A DNA stretch of 64,000 bases from Anthoceros angustus (taxonomy: Eukaryota > Plantae > Anthocerotophyta). The notes beneath the pieces are model-generated. The model did not search any database, had not been told where the DNA came from, and saw only the letters and a list, made by a program, of their open reading frames with translations. Position numbers and translations under genes: made by a program. The stretch spans positions 172,177 through 236,176 of the forward strand of contig MU008219.1 in NCBI GenBank assembly GCA_010909165.1, in the 5' to 3' direction. Each line of letters begins with the position of its first letter. Position 1 is the stretch's first letter. Positions 51,181 to 63,420 of the stretch are shown piece by piece.

Positions 51181-52546
51181 TCACACACAAGTGTTACTTC
51201 CGAGTAAGCCTGCGACATTGACCACCACCTTAACCTCGTCACACAGATTAGCCACTTCCTGAGCTGCAAGGCGTTCAATCCTAGCATACAAGCGGTTAGC
51301 TAGCTCCGCCCCAATAATGCTCTCAACAAGGTAACTCGTCGTGCTCCTGGTCACTCCTGCATAGAATTTGCCAAAGGATTTTGGGTTATTCTTGAATCTC
51401 CCCTCCTCAGTCGGTGGGAAGAGAGGCACTGCAGGAAACTGCTCCAGAAGATGGATGTGGAACGACTGTGTCTCCTCCACCCCGTCTCTGACCTCCTCTA
51501 GTGTTCTCCCAAAGATGGGTAAATTGAAGGCATCCCGCTTGTCCCCATCCACCAAGCCCTGCGCAAGGTTGGAATCAGCTGAGTGAAGAGGTCCTATGGA
51601 GTAAGTTGGACGAGAGAGGGAACAGGCAAAAAGGTTCGACTTACCTCCGCAACCAGTTCGTTCCAGCCTTGATTCAAGATGTCCCCCAACATAGGCATGC
51701 CAGTGACAGCAGTAGGGAGCTGGCAGTGGGGCTTTGGGTCTACCCTGCCGCCAAAGAGCAGCAACAAGATGCCTCCGGAGACCAGTTCCTCGGCTCTGGA
51801 AAGGAGGAAGTTCCTTAAGTCGGTCTTGGATTGCTGGGAGTATGCCAGTGCCGTCTCCAGTCCAGCGTCCTGCACCCACACCCTCCCGCTGTTGTAGGCT
51901 GGGGAGTTCCTGTCAAGCACTGCGTTTGGAATCTGCAAGCCAAGTTTGGTGGTCAGCTTGCACCAAGCTTCGAGACTACAGGATCTGGAAAACTACGGGT
52001 TTGATCAAGCCTCTTACCTTAGACATCCAGTGTAAAGAAGCAGAAGACATGAGCACATGCATACTTCTAGCAGGAAACAGCCTGCCGTAGAACGAGCCTG
52101 GGATTGCCGCTGCAAAGTAAGGTTTGCCTTCTCCAGCACCAGGCTTGCAAGTGGGCCAGTACACCTGGAACAGAGTGTTGAAGTCGTTGGAGGGCAAGTC
52201 GGAGAAGAAAGCCTCCACTTCTCGTGGCATTTCCACCATCTTCGAGGCATACCAATTCTGCACTTCTCGAAGAACAAGGTCCATGGCTGTTTCTTCCGGA
52301 AGCACATCCCAGGTCTGCAATCCTAAAAGCTGGTACATCTAACGGGATTGAAGGAAGCCTACTCACAGAATGAATTCCTTTGAACATGACTGAATTCATA
52401 GCTTTGAAGATGTGTGCTTGTGACTTGGAGCACTTTGCGTAGCTACCATCTCCATGACCTCCACGCATTGCAGGGGTGAACTTGGGTGCTGGCCTAGAGT
52501 TCCCATTCTTGTATGTCCCATTTCCATTGCCGAAATCCCCTGTCAT
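51181..52546 (-). CDS. SABATH-family methyltransferase (copy 2; exons 52546-52018, 51932-51645, 51558-51181; one frameshift at ~52290)
   Basis: MRGGHGDGSYAKCS, RIADLGCASGRN, (frame change) AMDLVL...FFSDLPSNDFNTLF, AAIPGSFYGRLFP, SASLHWMSK, FLLSRAEELVSGG and KRDAFNLPIF. Same two intron positions as copy 1; TGA at 51181. Confidence 0.9.
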
Positions 52547-52899
52547 CTTTCCACAAGATCCGAACTCTCTCAATTTCAAGAACAACCTTTAAGTGGCTTC
52601 ACAGAGTTCTCTTCAAAATATGGAAAATGTCTCCAGAAACTCAAACACGTCAGCTTCCATGAGCCATCAGAGGAAACACATTGACATGCTGATAAGCAGC
52701 ACAGCATTGGTGGGGGTACACTCAAGCAGATAAAGGGTCCCTGAAAATCTACCTCCCCTGGGCTAGACACAAAGCGATGACACAGCTTTGCTGTACAAGA
52801 GGAATTCCTCAAGACATCGTTGCATCTGTTCCACACGTTGCAAAACTGAGAAGAGCGTGAAGGATACCAAGAGCTCAGAGAGGAAGAAATCACATACTG

Positions 52900-55600
52900 C
52901 AGAGTGTCTTTAGAGAGCTCAGAGGATTTATAGAGCCCAAAAATCCAACGACGAAGAGAAGGAATGCAGCAGGAGCGACACCCCGTCCCAGTGCTCAAGA
53001 TGTTTCTACAGGGAGGCGGAACATGCCTTGTCCATGCCTTCCTGTTCCAGCTGCCCCTGTCCGTCATCTTGATGTGAGCTCTCAGAAGGCAACGGTAAAA
53101 CACATCCCACGACCATGAACAGACGTGGTTAAAACCAGGAGAAGGACAGACCACCTTCCACTGCCTTGCAAACGTACTCCTCTCACTGCCTTTCTCTGTA
53201 CCGCAGAGTTTATGATCGGTCCCCATCCAACTGTCCTTGCAGCACTGCTTAAACACGCACCTGTCAAGGTCCAGCCTTGCTAATTTTTCGTCTTGCGTTA
53301 GCAAGAGATGCTTGAGGGAGGACTCTTAGTAGAATGAGGACCATGGAGCGCTTAAGGTTCCGACCTCCTAGACCTGGACAGTAACACAGTGAGAATGGTA
53401 ACGTCGCAGATGGAGCATTGCACAAAGTTTACGATATGTCACTTTGCAGCCATGGTGAGGACTGAAGGACGGGCACTAAAGGGAAGGTAATGTACAGCTC
53501 CAGGTGCTCACCATAGAGATCTATACGTGGACAGCATCAGGTAGCGACCTTTCCCTCTTGGTGGCTTCACCCAGGTCCTGGACAATGACAACTCGTCCGG
53601 CGTCGCCAGTACCAACAGTCGTGGAGGGATATCTTCAAGGATCTCATCTATCTGCTTTATCTGACATATGTAACCGTTTTTCGGTAGCCAGCCGGCAGGC
53701 AAGTGGGTCGGCCAACAGCAGATTGGATGGGGCGTGGCTGGAAGGATGAAGGTTGCCCGCCATGGAGGCCACATGCACCATTCACGCATTCACGCTCCAT
53801 CACATACCGCACCCTTTTGGACTCTGACTGCAACGTGGCCCTCCATGTCCCAGTCAGGTAGTACGCCTTCAGCTGCCTTGATCCATCGCCAATGATTCCG
53901 CAGCTCTACCTTCCTTGTATTCGTCTGATTAGGCATGAAAGCGAAATTCAGCCTCAGTTCCAGATGCATAGTCTGTGCCCTGATAAAGGAGTTGGAGCAG
54001 AAAAGAAAATTTGGCACGGACAGTTGCTGGTTCTTTGGAGACAAAGCTGCAGCATTCTTGGTGGCCCTGTCAAAATAGCTCAGACCCACCTAGAACAAAG
54101 CGTCCCGCACTCTGTAAAGGGGGTCTGAGCCTCCAACAGAGAGTCACGGATGCCCAAATCCTCTGTTTCTTCCTTGTACAAAGGAATACTGGCATCGGTG
54201 CACAAGTGGAACATGGGATACTCCACCCACAGCCCTGGCGCTCAAAATATCAAGATCCAGAATTAGGCCCAAAATCCAGCAACATGCAGCGAGCCACCCT
54301 TCTCTCGTCAACGAAAATTGGAGGGTTCCAGCGTGGCTCGAGCCTCCAACTCCTCTCACTGCCTTTCTCTGTACCGCAGAGTTTATGATCGGTCCCCATC
54401 CAACTGTCCTTGCAGCACTGCTTAAACACGCACCTGTCAAGGTCCAGCCTTGCTAATTTTTCGTCTTGCGTTAGCAAGAGATGCTTGAGGGAGGACTCTT
54501 AGTAGAATGAGGACCATGGAGCGCTTAAGGTTCCGACCTCCTAGACCTGGACAGTAACACAGTGAGAATGGTAACGTCGCAGATGGAGCATTGCACAAAG
54601 TTTACGATATGTCACTTTGCAGCCATGGTGAGGACTGAAGGACGGGCACTAAAGGGAAGGTAATGTACAGCTCCAGGTGCTCACCATAGAGATCTATACG
54701 TGGACAGCATCAGGTAGCGACCTTTCCCTCTTGGTGGCTTCACCCAGGTCCTGGACAATGACAACTCGTCCGGCGTCGCCAGTACCAACAGTCGTGGAGG
54801 GATATCTTCAAGGATCTCATCTATCTGCTTTATCTGACATATGTAACCGCAAGTTTCGGTAGCCAGCCGGCAGGCAAGTGGGTCGGCCAACAGCAGATTG
54901 GATGGGGCGTGGCTGGAAGGATGAAGGTTGCCCGCCATGAGAGGCCACATGCACCATTCACGCATTCACGCTCCATCACATACCGCACCCTTTTGGACTC
55001 TGACTGCAACGTGGCCCACTCCATGTCCCAGTCAGGTAGTGCACGCCTTCCAGCTGCCTTGATCCATCGCCAATGATTCCGCAGCTCTACCTTCCTTGTA
55101 TTCGTCTGATTAGGCATGAAAGCGAAATTCAGCCTCCAGTTCCAGATGCATAGTCTGTGCCCTGATAAAGGAGTTGGAGCAGAAAAGAAAATTTGGCACG
55201 GACAGTTGCTGGTTCTTTGGAGACAAAGCTGCAGCATTCTTGGTGGCCCTGTCAAAATAGCTCAGACCCACCTAGAACAAAGCGTCCCGCACTCTGTAAA
55301 GGGGGTCTGAGCCTCCAACAGAGAGTCACGGATGCCCAAATCCTCTGTTTCTTCCTTGTACAAAGGAATACTGGCATCGGTGCACAAGTGGAACATGGGA
55401 TACTCCACCCACAGCCCTGGCGCTCAAAATATCAAGATCCAGAATTAGGCCCAAAATCCAGCAACATGCAGCGAGCCACCCTTCTCTCGTCAACGAAAAT
55501 TGGAGGGTTCCAGCGTGGCTCGAGCCTCCAATTCCTCTCGACTTTGTCCAGTCTCTTTGTGAGGCTTAGTAAGTGGCTAATCAAAGTACCAGAAGCTACG
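52900..55600 (-). pseudogene. Decayed spliced gene with weak resemblance to an oxysterol-binding-protein (ORP) domain
   Basis: Stitched fragments LWVE/VSHVP (cf. EQVSHHPP), DYASGTEAEFRF, GIIGDGSRQLKAYYLTGTW, QIKQIDEILEDIPPRL and QDEKLARLD; GT-AG-like borders. By-eye only. Confidence 0.35.
53177..55539. repeat. ~1.17 kb direct tandem duplication (53177-54349 / 54350-55531)
   Basis: Near-identical units; (C/T)TCCTCTC microhomology at 53177, 54350 and 55532; differences are mostly 1-2 nt indels. Confidence 0.92.
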
Positions 55601-56148
55601 AACATCAAAAGATGCAAACAGGTGAAGTACATCTGAATGCTACGGTGCTAGCAACAACCACGGCATTCCAAGCGCAGGAAAGCAGCCACGAAGAGCAGAT
55701 CCAACGCAGCCACGTCCCCCAAGTGACAGCATCTGACTCCACAAAACATTCACACGGCACCGGCCGTCAGCGTCAACTCGTCAGGCATCTATCTGAGCAC
55801 TATTGCTTCCCCTGGAAGGAACCGCGTCGCTTTGAGCACCTGTGAAGCAACGACAAACATCTAGATTCCATGCAGAATTGTCTCCACGAGTCAGCCTCTC
55901 CAGGAAAACAGATCGATGTTTGCAATTGTTCAACACTATCGTTCTTGCAGTATGAAGAAGAGGCACATGATCATCCTCCTTTTCAGCATGCTTTACCACC
56001 GGAATTTGCACCGCACAATCTTGAATACAAACACAACTTGAAGCGAAAAAAGCGAAAAAAAGGATCCAGCTGGCCAATTTAGTACCTAGCCTTCCTTGAC
56101 AGCAAATCAGACCTTCCATCTACCAATATCTCAATCCCATTTTTGCTC

Positions 56149-59107
56149 CTACATAGCATTCCCTTCCACCAAAGCTGGGTGACACTGATGCATTCGTTGA
56201 TATGTCATTGTTTGCATTTCGATCAGCCTAGAAACCTGACAGTGAAGAAGCAGGTTATTTAGACTTGTGAGAGCTGGAACCGACGATTACGGGCACCACA
56301 AACTTGTACACAAAATGAGAACAGAAGAAGAACTCGAGTGAAGAATCAGCTTACAGCACGATGGAAAGCAAAAAGTTCTTCACGGCCCGAGAGAATGAAT
56401 CGAATGCTTGCACGGTCCTCGGATGTAAGAGCAATTGGTGATACGTCTCCTGATTTGAGAACGTGGCTACGAAGTCGGATGCCTTCTGCTTCTGTTTCAA
56501 ATTGTAAGCTGCAAACAAGAAGTGAAAATAAGCCCACGATGAGAAAAAATCTAGTAAGAGTAATGATTACCGATTACCTTTCCAAGTCTATCAGAGGTTC
56601 TTCACCCTGCCCTACAAAAAGTTCGTCAACTGGTGCCTCAGCTGTGCATACAAGTCGGCAACGGTGATTGTACAGTTCATCCACAAGTGTGATGAATCGT
56701 CTGGCCTACACAAGCGCCAGCCCTGAGTAGCCTCGAAAGAGAACCATACAAGGTTGCATGCACCACTGTTGTAGCACAACACGCACATTGTTAAACATTC
56801 TAGTTCGATCACCTTGTCACGAATCCGCATATTCATGATTGGGATGTCTTTTATGAATACAGTGTGGTAGTGCCTTGCAAGAGCTATGTAATCTGCTGCT
56901 CCAACCTGCCCAGAAACGGTGTGTCAGGGAGGTGTTCATTCTGTAAACGGATGCTGAAAGTATGCCTGGATGACGACAGTAAAGTGTGACACTGACCGGT
57001 TTTTCACAAAGCTCATCAAATGAGAACCGAGCTACTCCGGCACAACTTTCTGGGACCTCAAGCTCTCTGCAACGTCAAGGTGGTCACTTACTGAATACCA
57101 CGCAAAACAAGAGCGTAAATTGATTACACACTCAAGCTGGCCATCTGGGGATTACTCAGGAAGTACCTTCCAAACATCACAGGAATAACTCTGGGAACAA
57201 CTGCTTGACCAGATTTGACAAGGGGTCCTATGATTTCCTTCCACTTGCAGTTGAACATTGCCTCAGATTGGTGATTTAAAGGCCAGAGATAATGCACTTG
57301 TTCTACCTGCACCCCACCTCAAAGTGAATGAGGACAATCCATATGAAACTGATACCTTGTTACACGATCATCACAGACATACCAGTTCATCGGGTTTGCT
57401 GGCAATAAATCTCCTGTAATCTTTATCTAGGCCAACAAGCAATGGCCGGCAATGCTGCTGCAATTCAGCTATGAAAGAAGCAAATATTTCCTTCTGTAGA
57501 CCTTCCTGAAAAAGTCACGGGAAACGTCAGGCACTACAAATCATTACAGCAAGCCTGACTCAAACTTGCAGGAGGATCCAAATGTAGCCAACTTTATTAA
57601 GGTCGGAGGGAGCACGATTGCTTGTTGCAACCAGAATAGCCCCTCTTCTGAGAAGTCTCCCAAGGATTCCAGAGAGAGCAACTGCTGTGAAAACATCCAC
57701 AACCTAGGAACAAGCAGAAAGGTATTCAGACGTGCCACCCTTATAGCTTTACCCAAAACTCCAAAGTGATATCAGGCATTAACCACTGAGAAAAACGAGT
57801 GTTCTAAAGATCTGTGCTAGCCAATGATTTCCAGAGTTAATTTAAGGAAACAGAGACACCCGTAGGGAGCAAACTCGCCTGTACTTCGTCAAAGCACAAC
57901 AGGCTTGCACCATGACTCGCCCTACTCCCAAGCAGCCTGTCAGCTACCTCATCTAGTATTCGCACATCTGACTTGTGCACCTGTTGAAACTTCCTCTCTT
58001 CCTCCAGCCACTCTTCTATGGCTCTTTCTAAAGACAGGGAGGGAGGAGATTCACTTGTGACTGGTGTTGATGCATCTGCCATAGCCTTGCTTTGCAAATG
58101 CTGGTTCCCCAGACTATGCATCAACGCATGCACTTCCAACATTGCCTGACATGACGTCATGATAACCAAGCGGTAGGTGAGGAGTGCACAAATCAGAACT
58201 GTTGTCAACATGAAAAGTTCTGCACTACAACATTCTCCCTATAGGAGACTGGGTGTACCGCATGAAAGTGTAATCTGCGTCGTTGTTGAACAACACCTTC
58301 AGCAGATGTAAAGAGAATATCCATCAACATAGTTTTCCCTGCAGACCAACAAGGAAATATGACGAACCCTCACATGTGACAGAAGCACCTGATCCAAACA
58401 CTTAAGAGGAGGAAGAAACAGCAACAATTCTTACCACAACCAACACTTCCATAGAGGTAGATTCCCAGAGGAGGAAGAGGCGGTTCAGGTAGAGGACCAA
58501 CAAGCTCATCTAGTACCTTCTCACGTTTCAGGTGAGCAACAAGCCTCCCTGCCCCAGGTTCAGTATGCTTTCTTCTTTGCTTCCTACTCTAGCAGAGACA
58601 AACAGAAGCAGTAAGCAACAGGAGATCCAATGTACGGCCGCCTCCCCCTCCAATTTCATATTTGAGATGTACATCTCCATTTGCCAGATAACACACCTTG
58701 TCAGCCACCGTTTGAGAAAACCTTGCCCATTGCTAGTCAGAAGCTCCAATCTCTGACGAGCTGCAGTTTCAGCTTCCTGTTTTAGCAAGTCCTCTCTTCT
58801 GGAACTTCTTTCCGTTTGCCACTGACTTAAAATCTCCTGAATTGCAAAACCAATACCCACACGTGAGACTCAGAACCACTGGGAAGTCTTGAAGCAACAA
58901 TGAGTGTAGGATATCAACTCAGAGACAAAGATATCAACGCCCAAATTACATGATACGCTCTCATCTTCCTCTGATGCTCTTTCATTTCCAGCAGTAGCTC
59001 GTCCAGTGATTTTGCCACCTCATGCTGCACAGGGTCGAATTGAATGAGATTTTGAGAAACCATCATTTCATACTGATGCACCGGGCTCGCTTTTTCGGTC
59101 AGTTTGA
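56149..59107 (-). CDS. AFG1: AFG1/ZapE-like AAA+ ATPase, multi-exon (5' end not resolved)
   Basis: Spliced motifs: QFDPVQHEVAKSLDEL; Walker A GIYLYGSVGC|GKTMLMD (intron 58434-58339); RRLHFHA; Walker B LLCFDEVQ; LVATSNRAPSDLN; LGAADYIALARHYHTVFIKDIP; ARRFITLVDELY; GREELFAFHRA|VSRLIEMQ; TAG at 56149-56151. Confidence 0.92.
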
Positions 59108-60719
59108 CTGCAGGCAATACGAGGAAATCCCCTAGTCAGCATGGTCACCCTAACCAGCAGGTTCCCCCGGCTCTCTCCGCCATGTGCAAAATCTAAATCA
59201 TTCAAGAGAATTCGCAGCTTGAATTCAGCTTGCCTGCATCAGGTGATAGCAGCCTCGCTGATAGTCTTCTAACGGATGTCAAAAAGAACCGAGAAGCAGG
59301 AACCACACTGTCCCCCACAGCAGGCCATGAAGCCAAAGGCGTGGGCCCTGCATGCCGTCTGCAGCATACCCGCCACAGAACAGGCACAGCCTTGCTCGTC
59401 AACATGGTCAGATGTGGCTGCATAGTTAACTGCCAACCCCCGTCTAGCATATGAATGTAGGTGATGAAAACGTACAGGAACACAACAAGGATACCACGTT
59501 AACCCCTCGGTAATAGACCTTCAGTCGATACCATTTTCAGAAACTATATTTCTTGGCCTCTGGGAAGACACACTCAGTCATCCTGTAGTCTACCTATATG
59601 CCCGGTACCAGTGCCCGGAAGCTATAAAGCAAGTCCGAGACTATCCTGCCTTGTGCAGGTATCTGACATTCTGCGCGGCTGTTTTGGTCATTTCATAGAG
59701 TGAGCTGCATGGTATTGCACCTTTCTTTCATAAGTTGGCTCCAGTTCTTGTGATTTCGGGTTAGGTAGGGCACAAAACGTTTTCACATGCTGTGATGATT
59801 GGAAATCTGTTTTCTGAAACTATGGGGGAGGCCATTGGTACCATCCATAACAGCGACTTCGCAAGCCTCCGAGACCAGTGAATTTGTGCTTGCCATTTTC
59901 TAGACCTTCGAGCTTTCATTTCTCTTATTCTGGTTTAGAGAAAGACGATGGAATGATAACTAGATCGAGGGGATGCTAGCTATGGGGGTGCCTTGACAAG
60001 CAAGATCCACGATCCATGGGCCCTGTCTACAGTGGTAGCTCTGAACTGGTGCGATCCGATGCCATTTGCATACGAAAGTTCTGGACCTATAACAGCAGGT
60101 ATTGATGGATCAATCGGTTCAAGCTAACAGATTGGAAGGTGATGCGGTGTAGATTGGTATGCTTTCCTGGACTTTTGCAGTCACATCAGGATCAGCAAGC
60201 GTCTTTATGTGGGAGATATATTTCTGTTTTCCGAATGTCTAGCACGAATTCCAGTGTCCCGTTCGTCACGCAAGTGCAGTTGCAGTAGCCATAACCTGCA
60301 AAGGCTTCAAGTCTCAACTGGATTGCACGACTATTTACACGAATTGGAAAAGTGTAGTGTGGAAAAGTGTAGAGGTTCTCTCAACAAGGATCCAGGTCCA
60401 AGGACGGAAGAGAATTGTCAATTGTTCCATGTGTAAGTTTTCTTGTAGATCGCCCACCGCTCAAAATTGAACCTCTCACCTCCAGCTTAACCAAGAAGGC
60501 CCTATTTTCGGGCATTTTATGATTTAAATATTTTTAAATATAATAAATTCGACCAAAAACGGTTCTCCTTGCTCTTGTCATGACAAATACCAGGCTTCGT
60601 GGCAGCTCTTGTCCAGACTTGCAAAGACTTTACTGTCCATAAGAACTTTGGTGCAACCCATAGCAAGGACTTCGCAAGGAGAAGAGAAGAAACTTTTCAT
60701 GGGACGGAAATGAGAAACT

Positions 60720-61930
60720 ATAATTATAGGAGAGAGAGGCCTCATCAGATCTCTCATGTGCTCGTAGTCAGCATGCTAGTTTCTCATCTTAGGCATTCCC
60801 TTCTCCAGCAGCGCTTAATCCCCTCAATCCCTTCTCCAGCAGCGCTCAATCCAACTAGCACCTCAATCCTCTCCAATTTTGCATTGCCGCTTCGGGGGCT
60901 TGCGAGTCGGTGGTGTTAGGCGTGAAGGCATGCCTGGACACCCACCCGAAGTGGGTGGTCTTGCAAATGGATGTGGAGAACGCCTTCAATACCATCTCCA
61001 GAGGCGTCATCTTCGAGGAGCTCAAGGACCCTGATGGCATCTTGGGGAGTGTGATCCCTTTCGTCAGGTGCTTCTACAGGAGGTCCTCCAACCTCTATTG
61101 TCAGCATAAGAACGTGTCATCGGGATTTGCTATCTCTGTCTTGGAGTCAGCCACATGTACCAGGTAAGGCGACCCTCTAGGCGGTGCTCTCTTTGCCATC
61201 GCTCACTATTGTAACTTCCCCTAGAGGAACAGGTCTGCTGTCACTGGAGGTATCTTCCCCGGCAGCGTTCTTGGGCAACTGGGCCCTTTGTGCCCTTGCT
61301 TTGGCCTCCCGCTTCATGAAGGGAACTTTCCCTCTCCATGCATCCTTGAGATTGGTCAGGGATACGTTATCGGCTAATGCGCGGCACGCTTCCCTCCCTT
61401 CACGACATTCATCATCAATAGTTCCAGGGGGTTGCAGGCAGCCCTGCTTGAAAAGCAGCTTGGTTAGGCTTTTCAATCTATCCTCCTGGACCCCCATGTA
61501 TACCCATCACACCAACCACCCTCTCTACTGCGATATAATTCCGTCTTAGCCTGCTCTAGCCTGTGGCTTCGTCCCTCCTTACCTGTGAGTGTGGCTCTGC
61601 CCTCGATGACTCTGGGATACACCTTGCTCGTTGCCCACATGGGAGTCATAGCATTTCCACCCATGATGCCATCCGCGATGTCATGGTCGCCATTGCTCGC
61701 GAAAGTGGCTACATGGCTTGGAGGGAGCGGGGGTATACTCTTCATATAGGTAGGTCAATCAGGGCTAACTTGTACCTCATCTGCGGTGAACAGGTTTCGG
61801 TGCCGGATATAGTAATCACTGACCCTGCACGCAACACCATCTCTGCACAAGTTATCACTAACCGTCCAGGTAGGGCTGCTGCCGATGTGGGGCCTATCAA
61901 AGTGCTTGAACACAGGCTAGAAGCTTAAAA
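60720..61930 (+). mobile_element. CRE-clade (restriction-like endonuclease) non-LTR retrotransposon fragment
   Basis: LQF...GACESVV.....VVLQMDVENAFNTISR...IPFVRCFY (60870-61080); R*GDPLGGALFAIAH (61162-61206); C-terminal CECG...HLARC, THDAIRD and PDIVITDP (61585-61826). RT motif 5 is missing and unrelated sequence occupies ~61215-61480. Confidence 0.75.
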
Positions 61931-62168
61931 TTTGTGCTTAACACTTTGCGCTTTGCACTTTGTATAACTACTTGATGCTTCAAAGTGCCTCAAATTATAC
62001 ATGTGCAACCAAATCGAATATGTTCTTCTCTAGAAAGGCTTGGGATAGACATACATAGCTACTCATATGAAGGAAAGTGTAGGTAAAAAAAACAAGTTAC
62101 AAAGAAAAGTGAAGGTTTTGGAAAAACTACTCACGTTTACGAAAGAATCATCTCGCTATCACTCCAGC

Positions 62169-63420
62169 TTAAAGAACAAGTTGACGCCATGACCTATTTT
62201 GGACATCATAGCCTATAAATTGCAAAAACCGGTTCTCTCCATATTCCCTACCATACAAAAGTATCAAAATTGTGTTATCGATCATCTCAACTCGATCGAT
62301 AAAAGTTTGTCCTTGCATATGTGGATCCAATTGTTTGGTAGTAAGGACTGAGACTTCCACCATATCCAAGACCTCCTCATCTTTGTCCTCGTCACTATCC
62401 TCTTCATCTTTGTCCTCGTCAATAATGTTATGTAACATGTTCTAGGAGAGAATGTTGATAGTTGCTTCCATACCAATGGCATCAGCCATTCGAATACAGA
62501 ATATACCGTGACTATGCACCACATAATTATCTTTATACAAATTAAGACGATATGAAGGCAAATTTTCTCTTGCTACCCAATTTCCATCCTTCATGCTGAA
62601 ACTGGCAAGTAACTAGTGTCCATTAACATCTAGGAAAGTCTCATCATATAAAACGTACACTAGACTATCCTTGTAAATATAGAATTTGCAATTCCAAGGA
62701 TGATAGATGCGAGCGTAGACTCCTTTGAGCCAGCATCTCATCCACATCTCAACTTTGCTGAAATATGTTGCAACACACAATGATAGTGATTGAAGATGGC
62801 ACTCAAGCAAGAGCGATACTTGGAAAAATAAACCTTTGCATTCTTGCACAGCCTTCCCAACTTCTAGGATTAGGGCATTGCCATCAAGTTGTCTTTTCTC
62901 ATGTTGTGACTATAGAAGCAGCGGAGGCAGCTCCGTGCATATCCTCTTCCTCAAGTTCACTAGCGTTAGACCTAACCCTAATTTTGTATCATACTTTGTA
63001 AGCCCTATCCATGAAAAGTCAAAGTTGTACACACCAAAGCCACTATCCCACACTAACGGAAAGCCACTATCCCACACTAACGGAAAGCCACTATCCCAAG
63101 ATGGCTCAAACTTGGCAGGAATGAAGCTCAGATCAACCCTAACAGGATGATCTATTTTAACCATGTCCTTCGGTCCAGCCCATAAGAAGCGCAGACGATG
63201 GTAAGCAAGTGCCTGTGAGGCACATTCTTCACTTAACCTTGGGCAGGTGAGTAGTGAGTGCCAAGTTGTACAGACAGCACCATTTCCAGCCACAACATCA
63301 GCAAGAGAGAAAATGCCACAGGCCCACAACGGAAGAGGCCAGCCAGTTAAACAACAAGAGATCCAAGACAACAAGCAAACCCACCAGAGAAAGGTCACCA
63401 GGAAGAGCAGAACTGCCAAT
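62169..63420 (-). pseudogene. F-box protein pseudogene with a kelch/beta-propeller-like C-terminus
   Basis: F-box-like IFSLADVV..GAVCTTWHSLL; LVNL...CTELPP; FIGYDVQNRSWRQL; several stops and frame changes. Confidence 0.55.
63036..63098. repeat. 24-bp tandem repeat (~2.6 units, AAAGCCACTATCCCACACTAACGG) encoding WDSGFPLV in the F-box gene
   Basis: Seen directly; in frame on the minus strand. Confidence 0.9.

Noticed and set aside
62169-62524. MLHNIIDED as a PIF/Harbinger transposase C-terminus
   Set aside because: Upstream DDE motifs are absent; the flanking peptides fit an F-box/propeller gene better.
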